This document shows positions 25,827 to 32,000 of a DNA stretch of 32,000 nt, in pieces (position 1 is the stretch's first letter; each line of letters begins with the position of its first letter). The DNA is from Cylindrospermopsis raciborskii Cr2010 (GTDB lineage Bacteria; Cyanobacteriota; Cyanobacteriia; Cyanobacteriales; Nostocaceae), in assembly GCF_003367075.2 (NCBI RefSeq), contig NZ_CP065936.1, forward strand, positions 1,560,001 to 1,592,000, given 5' to 3'. Position numbers and translations under genes: made by a program. Under the pieces are notes generated by a model. That model was not told the origin of the DNA and ran no database searches. It saw only the letters and a list, made by a program, of their open reading frames with translations.

Positions 25827-27056
25827 CTAAAATCTCCCATTCCCCTGAATAATATGTTTCACAGTGGTCAAAGTTTCTAAACTAATGAAACCTCTCCTTT
25901 GACCTCTTTGATTTGACATTCCCAAAAACACCGCATCTCCCCTGGAAGAATTACGAGCAAATCGAGGAGAAGCATTGATATATGTGGATGCACTGTTAAC
26001 ACCTAAGGCAAATTGTCTGCTTTCTTGGTAAGACTCTGTGGCTATAGCATCCGCGTGACTACTACTATATTGATTAATCCAGGCGATCGCACTATCTAGG
26101 GTATCTACCAATTTGAAAGCGATGGTCTTATTTAAATATGGAGTTCCCCATTCCTCATCTTGAACCAATTGCAGTTGGGGAAAAGCTTGTACTAGTTCGC
26201 CATCTCCCTTGAGTTGAAAACCCCTGTCTTTTAGACTGTTCCACAGTGCAGATAGGGAGGATGGTAAGGACTGACGGTGGACTAAAACCTTTTCAATAGC
26301 ATTTACTGGATCCGGTTCGCTTTCATGACTATCCAAGACCATCCATCGTACCATTTCTAAGCTCCCATTTAAAGACCAGTAAAGGTAACAATTCCCCATA
26401 GCTGATTTTAATATGGGACAGGTTGCTTGTCTAACTACTTGTTGAATCAAGCTGGAACGTCCATAAGGAATAACCAAACTTAAATAGTCTTCCTGAGTCA
26501 CTAAATCCCTGATAGAAGTGCCATGTTCTGCTGTAATTAATTCTACACAACCACTAGGGAGACCCGCATCTAAAATCGCCGTTTGGAGAATTTCTGCGAT
26601 CGCTCTATTGGAATGACTAGCTTCCGTACTTCCCTTGAGAATAAGGCTATTACCAGTTTTCAGACAAAAACCGGCGGCAATGGCCCCTAATTCCGGTAAA
26701 GCCTCATAAATAAAACCAATTACACCCAAGGGCATAAGTTGGGTATAACTTTGAGAATCTTCCTGTTGATAATCAGCAGTTCTCACCCGTCGTAGGGGAT
26801 CGGATAGTTCCCCCAATCGCTCCAGCAGATCCACGGTTGCTTGCAAGCGACTAGGGGTAAGTTTAAGCCAGTCCAGGATTAATTCTGGAACTGCCATTTC
26901 CCTACTTGCTTCCAAATCAAGGGTATTGGCTTCCAGAATATCATCAAAGGAGCATTTTAGTGCCCTGGCCATTGCCAAAACGGCGCGACTCCGTTCCGCA
27001 CCTTTAGTTGTACCTAATTTGATGGCAGCATGATAAGCACGTTTGGCAATGTTCAT
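25827..27056 (-). CDS. Gamma-glutamyl phosphate reductase (ProA)-like aldehyde dehydrogenase-family paralog
   Basis: 409 aa, colinear with ProA (LKTGNSLILKGSTE, IPYGRSSL, HADAIAT, NASPRF). The catalytic Cys position (recalled for E. coli as STCNTVETLLV) reads PDPVNAIEKVLV here, so Cys is replaced by Val. Confidence 0.75.
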   Translation of the reverse strand: MNIAKRAYHAAIKLGTTKGAERSRAVLAMARALKCSFDDILEANTLDLEASREMAVPELILDWLKLTPSRLQATVDLLERLGELSDPLRRVRTADYQQEDSQSYTQLMPLGVIGFIYEALPELGAIAAGFCLKTGNSLILKGSTEASHSNRAIAEILQTAILDAGLPSGCVELITAEHGTSIRDLVTQEDYLSLVIPYGRSSLIQQVVRQATCPILKSAMGNCYLYWSLNGSLEMVRWMVLDSHESEPDPVNAIEKVLVHRQSLPSSLSALWNSLKDRGFQLKGDGELVQAFPQLQLVQDEEWGTPYLNKTIAFKLVDTLDSAIAWINQYSSSHADAIATESYQESRQFALGVNSASTYINASPRFARNSSRGDAVFLGMSNQRGQRRGFISLETLTTVKHIIQGNGRF

Positions 27057-27071
27057 GTACTAACAATAAAA

Positions 27072-27542
27072 TCAAGGTCTATAATTGAACCAGGCAATAA
27101 TTGCAGGTAGAGTGGCTAATAATACCACAATAGTTGCCCAAATAATCATACCTGAACCATTGGTAAATCGGAATGCTAACGGTAACCCAATAATCGCGAA
27201 TAACAAGATCATGGCTAAAACCATGGGAAATTGATTTTTCCCTAATTTGGGTTGCATTGGGTTCCATTTTCTCCCAGTCCAAGACCAAGTTCGCTTATAG
27301 GGGTAATTAGTACAGAGCTGTTCTAGTACATAACCATTACCTTCTACAACAAATATTTGTTGACAGCGATCGCATCCGAAAGCATCCGTTAGGGTGATGG
27401 GTACTAGGCGGCCCCGATGCCTGCAGGGACAAGCATGATCCGCATCTAGGTCTATTTTTTCTAGTTTCTGAGGTGGCACGACGAGTGTAAATATCTGTAG
27501 CGAGGTTGAGGGGGTGAATTCATTCTGGGTTAAGAACAACAT
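27072..27542 (-). CDS. Hypothetical protein with a zinc-ribbon-like CxC...CxxC motif and two C-terminal TM helices
   Basis: 156-aa ORF with HACPCRHRG...GCDRCQQ and hydrophobic stretches (MVLAMILLFAIIGLPLAF, IIWATIVVLLATLPAIIAW). I recognise no function. Confidence 0.55.
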   Translation of the reverse strand: MLFLTQNEFTPSTSLQIFTLVVPPQKLEKIDLDADHACPCRHRGRLVPITLTDAFGCDRCQQIFVVEGNGYVLEQLCTNYPYKRTWSWTGRKWNPMQPKLGKNQFPMVLAMILLFAIIGLPLAFRFTNGSGMIIWATIVVLLATLPAIIAWFNYRP

Positions 27543-27662
27543 AATTTCAGGAGACCGTTATTAAACTCCAAAGTTTTGAGATTCACGCCTCCTCTAATAT
27601 ATTCTGACTAAAATCAAAACCGCCACATTTCACCAAAATTGAATTGGTGATACTTTTTTCAG

Positions 27663-27734
27663 AGCGGGTAACGCGATTCGAACGCGCGACATCAACCTTG
27701 GCAAGGTTGCGCTCTACCACTGAGCTATACCCGC
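27663..27734 (-). tRNA. tRNA-Gly (anticodon GCC)
   Basis: The minus strand reads GCGGGTA TA GCTC AGTGGT AGAGC G CAACC TTGCCAA GGTTG ATGTC GCGCG TTCGAAT CGCGT TACCCGC T. This is a full cloverleaf. The 3' CCA is not encoded. Confidence 0.9.
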
Positions 27735-27835
27735 ATATTCAACACACTCCTAATATCTCAGATTTTTGGTAGATTGTCAACCCCTATTTTTAAAAAATTC
27801 CTAAATAATAATCCAATAATTTTTGTTCCAGGAAT

Positions 27836-28339
27836 TTAGGATTGGACTGATTTTGCCAGATTGGGGCGCAATTGGCGCATCAAACTAGCCATTTCTATGG
27901 CATCCATGGCATAATTCCAACCGTGATTACTTTTAATCCCTGCTCTTTCCAACGCTTGTTGCATGGTATCTGTAGTCAAAATCCCAAAAATCACTGGCAC
28001 ACCAGTTTGAAAGCTGGCTGCAGCAATTCCTTTAGATACTTCAGCGGATACATAATCAAAATGAGGTGTTTGTCCCTTAATTACTGCACCTAGACATATT
28101 ATTGCATCATAACGTTGAGAAATTGCTAACTGACGCGCCACTGTGGGAATTTCAAAACTACCGGGAACCCAAACATAATCTACTTGATTTCCTTGGGGGT
28201 CAGGATTTATCCCATGACGCTTGAGACAGTCTTGGCATCCTTCCAACAGCTTTACAGTCACGAGGTCATTGAAGCGACCAATAACCAGAGCAAACTTTAA
28301 AGCTTCCGCTTGAGTAAATGTTCCCTCAAAAACTGCCAT
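27836..28339 (-). CDS. ribH: 6,7-dimethyl-8-ribityllumazine synthase
   Basis: 167 aa with [23 protein letters not shown] and [14 protein letters not shown] motifs typical of RibH. Confidence 0.93.
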   Translation of the reverse strand: MAVFEGTFTQAEALKFALVIGRFNDLVTVKLLEGCQDCLKRHGINPDPQGNQVDYVWVPGSFEIPTVARQLAISQRYDAIICLGAVIKGQTPHFDYVSAEVSKGIAAASFQTGVPVIFGILTTDTMQQALERAGIKSNHGWNYAMDAIEMASLMRQLRPNLAKSVQS

Positions 28340-28494
28340 TATTGCCTCTTTAAGTAAATATAAAGGATTAAATTTGTTTAACTGTAACTTAGGGTAAAAA
28401 GATAGAAGAGTGGATAAGTATAAACAGTTAAGTTAATAACTATCAGCTCCTCTAATCTTTAGATTATGGTTTTTTGTCCATTGGTAATTGTTCT

Positions 28495-28683
28495 TTAAAC
28501 CACAAAGAAGTTTAATACACCAACCAAAAGGACTAAAGCAATCCAAATTCCGGAACCGAGCCAAAGGAGCTTTTTGGAATCAACCCAGTTTTGAGGGGTT
28601 GCGTAAGCAACAGGAACACCTACCACCAGGACGAAAGAGAACAAAACCAAAGATACTAAAGCAAATTGGAATACTATGGTCAT
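28495..28683 (-). CDS. psbZ: Photosystem II reaction centre protein Z (Ycf9)
   Basis: 62 aa with two TM helices. The sequence [33 protein letters not shown]... matches PsbZ. The overlapping plus-strand ORF 28488..28742 is discounted. Confidence 0.9.
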   Translation of the reverse strand: MTIVFQFALVSLVLFSFVLVVGVPVAYATPQNWVDSKKLLWLGSGIWIALVLLVGVLNFFVV

Positions 28684-28801
28684 TTTACTTTTCCCAATAC
28701 ACCGAAATCATGACTTGTAAACGGACTGTCGCGTTATCATAGACAGAGTTACATAATTTTATCATCAAATAAATCCCTTATATTGGGAAGTCCCCCCTGT
28801 T

Positions 28802-31540
28802 ATGGAAATAATTCTTTGTCACACAACTGCTGATTTTGACGCTTTAGGGGCGGCGGTGGGATTAGCTTGTCTTAAACCAGGTAGTAAAATAGTATTGACT
28901 GGAGGAGCCCATCCACCAGTAAGAGACTTTCTCTCCCTATATCGAGATGAGTATCCCCTAATTGAAAAACGTTCTGTCAACTCTGAGCATATTCGCTTCT
29001 TAAGCATAGTAGATACCCAACAGCGCAATCGTTTAGGTAAAGTCCAAGCATGGTTAGACCTAGCCAATCTAGTAGAAGTTACAGTTTACGATCATCATAT
29101 CAATCAAGAGAGTGACATTATTGCCACTAGGTTATATATTAGTGAAGTAGGTGCAACAACCACCCTAATAGTAGAAGAGTTAATTAAAGAGAATATAATT
29201 ATTAATGCTGCTCAAGCTACAGTGATGGCTTTAGGCATTCATGTAGATACAGGTTCCCTAACCTATGGTCAGTCTACAGCGAGAGATGCAGTAGCATTAG
29301 CTTGGTTAATGGAGAGGGGAGCAAATCTAGGAGTAATTGCCACCTATAGAGATCCTGGGTTATCACCAGAAATTCAAAGATTATTAGGTGAATGTTTACA
29401 AAGACTAGAATATTTGTGTTGGAGGGGGTACACCATTGCTTGGATGACCCTGAAAACAGATAATTTTGTTCCTGGGCTATCAGGTTTAGCAGCGCAACTG
29501 ATGCAGTTAACAGAAATTGATGCCTTACTTTTAGCCCATGAATATACATATAACGATGCCGAATTAAGATTAACAGTAATTGGTAGAACCCAAATTCCCC
29601 ATACTAACCTAAATATATTATTTACCCCATTTGATGGTGGTGGGCATTCTCAAGCAGCATCCTTAAATGTTAAAAACACCAGTTCAGCCATAGTTTTAGA
29701 AAACCTATTAGCTGGACTAAAACTGCAAATTCCCCAACCACCCATAGCCAGAGATTTAATGTCTTCTCCTGTGAGAACTATCAGACCAGAAACCACAATT
29801 GCTCAAGCTCAAAGAATATTATTACGTTATGGACATTCTGGGTTATCTGTGGTCAATAACCAAGACAAGTTAGTAGGTATTATTTCCCGAAGAGACCTAG
29901 ATATTGCCCTACATCATGGTTTTGGTCATGCACCGGTTAAAGGGTATATGACCACGGATTTAAAAACCATTACACCCCACACCGAATTACCACAAATCGA
30001 GTCCTTAATGGTAACTTATAACATTGGCAGATTGCCAGTTTTAGAAAATGGTAATTTAGTGGGTATTGTCACCAGAACTGACCTTCTCAGACAACTGCAC
30101 CAACTGGAAATTAAAAATTTGCCATTAGCACCACAGAGTAATGGTCAGGAATTAGATTCAATTAAGTTAAACCTGGAATTAGAACATCGACTTGCTCCCC
30201 AATTTTGGCAATTATTAACTAGAGCATCCCAAGCAGCGCAAGCAAGAGGTTGGCATTTGTATTTAGTTGGTGGGGCGGTTAGGGATTTGCTATTAGAGAA
30301 TGATCCAAGCAACCAATTAATGCTCCATGATATTGACCTAGTAGTAGATGGTTTTCATCAAAGTGCAGATGTGGGAGCTGGAGTAGAATTAGCCAGGGAG
30401 CTACAGCAAATTTATCAAAATAGCCGTTTAGAAATTCATGGAGCATTTCAAACTGCGGCGTTATTGTGGCATAAAGATCCGGAATTAGATTGTTTATGGG
30501 TAGATATTGCCACAGCTAGAACAGAATTTTATCCTTATCCTGCAGCAAATCCAGAAGTAGAAGCCAGTTCCATTCGGCAAGATTTATATAGAAGAGACTT
30601 TACAATTAATGCCATGGCACTAAGATTAACATCTCCCCACTGTGGTGAATTACTAGATTTTTTTGGTGGATTAATAGATTTAAGATCCCGAAAAATTAGA
30701 GTTTTGCACCCCAATAGTTTTATTGAAGATCCCACCCGAATTTATCGAGGAGTGCGGTTTGCCATCAGGTTTGGTTTTGCCATTGAACAGCGAACTGCTG
30801 AGTACATCCATTATGCCATTAATAGTGGTGTTTATGATAGAACAGTGCAAGAAAATATCAAAACACCAGCTTTGCATACTCGATTGAAAGCTGAATTAAA
30901 ACTGATTTTACAAGCACCCTATTGGCAATCGGCTTTAAAATTATTAGATCAGTTAGGAGCTTTACAATGTATTCATTATACCTGTAATTTAAATTATGGC
31001 ATCTTGCGAGAATTGGTTTTATTGGAAAAACTATTGAAAATTCAAGACAGATTTTGGCAACCAGCTCAACAATTACCACCTACTTGGTTAATACGGTTAG
31101 AGATATTAATTAGCAGCTTAGAACCAGAGTATGGAAGTAAGGTGGCAGAAAACTTACAATTATCAGACAGCAGTGTAAATAGACTCAAGAAGCTGGGAGC
31201 AGCACAGGTAGAAATAAATAGAGAGTTGCCAAATTGTGAATTAGCCAGTGCAATATTTAACCTACTACAAAAATATGACTCCGGAACTTTAATGTTGATA
31301 GCTGTAAAAAGTTCCCGAGAGATTAGAAGAAAAATCTGGTATTATTGGAGGGATTTAGTGCATGTTCAACCTTTATTAAAGGGAGATGACTTAAAAAAAA
31401 TGGGTTACAAACCAGGTCCAATTTTCAAGCATATTTTAGATCATTTATTGATTGCTACTCTGGATGGTAAAATTAAGACTAAGACCCAAGCAATGGAATT
31501 TTTAGCTCAAGCTATAAACTCAGACGAATCCAGTTTTTAA
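28802..31540 (+). CDS. Multidomain DHH/DHHA1 phosphoesterase - CBS pair - poly(A) polymerase/CCA-adding nucleotidyltransferase fusion
   Basis: 912 aa. The DHH motifs are HTTADFDALGA, YDHH and FDGGGHSQAAS. Two CBS repeats follow (LMSSPVRTI...GIISRRDL and YMTTDLKTI...GIVTRTDLL). The NTase head has LYLVGGAVRDLLL, DIDLVVDG and RRDFTINAM. Confidence 0.85.
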   Translation: MEIILCHTTADFDALGAAVGLACLKPGSKIVLTGGAHPPVRDFLSLYRDEYPLIEKRSVNSEHIRFLSIVDTQQRNRLGKVQAWLDLANLVEVTVYDHHINQESDIIATRLYISEVGATTTLIVEELIKENIIINAAQATVMALGIHVDTGSLTYGQSTARDAVALAWLMERGANLGVIATYRDPGLSPEIQRLLGECLQRLEYLCWRGYTIAWMTLKTDNFVPGLSGLAAQLMQLTEIDALLLAHEYTYNDAELRLTVIGRTQIPHTNLNILFTPFDGGGHSQAASLNVKNTSSAIVLENLLAGLKLQIPQPPIARDLMSSPVRTIRPETTIAQAQRILLRYGHSGLSVVNNQDKLVGIISRRDLDIALHHGFGHAPVKGYMTTDLKTITPHTELPQIESLMVTYNIGRLPVLENGNLVGIVTRTDLLRQLHQLEIKNLPLAPQSNGQELDSIKLNLELEHRLAPQFWQLLTRASQAAQARGWHLYLVGGAVRDLLLENDPSNQLMLHDIDLVVDGFHQSADVGAGVELARELQQIYQNSRLEIHGAFQTAALLWHKDPELDCLWVDIATARTEFYPYPAANPEVEASSIRQDLYRRDFTINAMALRLTSPHCGELLDFFGGLIDLRSRKIRVLHPNSFIEDPTRIYRGVRFAIRFGFAIEQRTAEYIHYAINSGVYDRTVQENIKTPALHTRLKAELKLILQAPYWQSALKLLDQLGALQCIHYTCNLNYGILRELVLLEKLLKIQDRFWQPAQQLPPTWLIRLEILISSLEPEYGSKVAENLQLSDSSVNRLKKLGAAQVEINRELPNCELASAIFNLLQKYDSGTLMLIAVKSSREIRRKIWYYWRDLVHVQPLLKGDDLKKMGYKPGPIFKHILDHLLIATLDGKIKTKTQAMEFLAQAINSDESSF

Positions 31541-31566
31541 AAACTAGATTTACTACACTATGACCT

Positions 31567-32000
31567 ATGACAGAATTGAGTGGCATAATTTTGGCGGGTG
31601 GTAAAAGTTCTAGAATGGGCAAAGACAAAGCTCTAATTCCCATTGGGGGAGTCCCTTTGTTAGAAAAGGTCTATCATGTGGCTAAAAGTTGTACTAACAA
31701 GATATATGTGGTCACACCCTGGGTGGAAAGATATGAAGATCTATATTTACCAGGATGTGAATTTATTCAAGAGGACCCAAACCATACCCAAGGTCCCCTA
31801 GTAGGTTTTGCTAGGGGAATGGAAAAAACAGTCACAGAATGGGTTTTGTTATTAGCTTGTGATTTACCAAATTTGCAAATTCCAGTTTTCCAAGATTGGG
31901 TACAGGAATTGGACAATACACAACCCCAAAATATTGCCTGGTTAGCGAAAAACGATTATGGTTGGGAACCTCTTTGCGGTTTCTATCGCACTAGTTGTTT
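31567..32000 (+). CDS. mobA: Molybdenum cofactor guanylyltransferase MobA (3' end truncated by the window edge)
   Basis: A manual translation from the ATG at 31567 gives MTELSGIILAGGKSSRMGKDKALIPIGGVPLLEKV...LLLACDLP, with the MobA GxxLAGGxSxRMG and ACD motifs. The frame is open to the end of the window. It is absent from the ORF track because no stop is reached. Confidence 0.8.
   Translation, partial: MTELSGIILAGGKSSRMGKDKALIPIGGVPLLEKVYHVAKSCTNKIYVVTPWVERYEDLYLPGCEFIQEDPNHTQGPLVGFARGMEKTVTEWVLLLACDLPNLQIPVFQDWVQELDNTQPQNIAWLAKNDYGWEPLCGFYRTSC

Overview
This is a chromosomal window from a HIP1-rich (GCGATCGC) cyanobacterium of roughly 40% GC by eye, with gene content typical of a filamentous, heterocyst-forming (Nostocales-type) lineage. 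The left third holds a complete minus-strand hydrogenase-maturation cluster, hypF-[AAA ATPase/PD-(D/E)XK insert]-hypC-hypD-hypE-hypA-hypB. Its 3' end overlaps a convergent phosphoribulokinase-like gene. The whole 3.5-kb space between hypF and the next operon is a non-coding tandem array (9065-12442). It has 16 units of about 190 or 272 bp and 21 head modules, 20 with a perfect HIP1 site and one with a degenerate copy. Each of the 15 complete units carries a near-consensus sigma70-type extended -10 promoter on the minus strand, pointing toward hypF. This array is the most unusual object in the window, and I cannot assign it to a family I recognise. To its right lies an ARTO-type terminal oxidase operon (two DUF2231 membrane genes, then coxB-coxA-coxC, with a CoxB lacking the CuA ligands). 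Housekeeping genes follow: holB, tmk, tRNA-Arg(CCG), trmFO, an SDR gene, a DnaJ-pentapeptide gene, gcvP, a ProA-like paralog lacking the catalytic Cys, a zinc-ribbon membrane protein, tRNA-Gly(GCC), ribH, psbZ, a 912-aa DHH-CBS-nucleotidyltransferase fusion, and a truncated mobA. Smaller curiosities include a 277-bp inverted-repeat element between tmk and tRNA-Arg, and several hairpins. No CRISPR array, transposase, integrase or toxin-biosynthesis genes are visible. All functional calls rest on reading the translations and on motif recognition. No database search was run.
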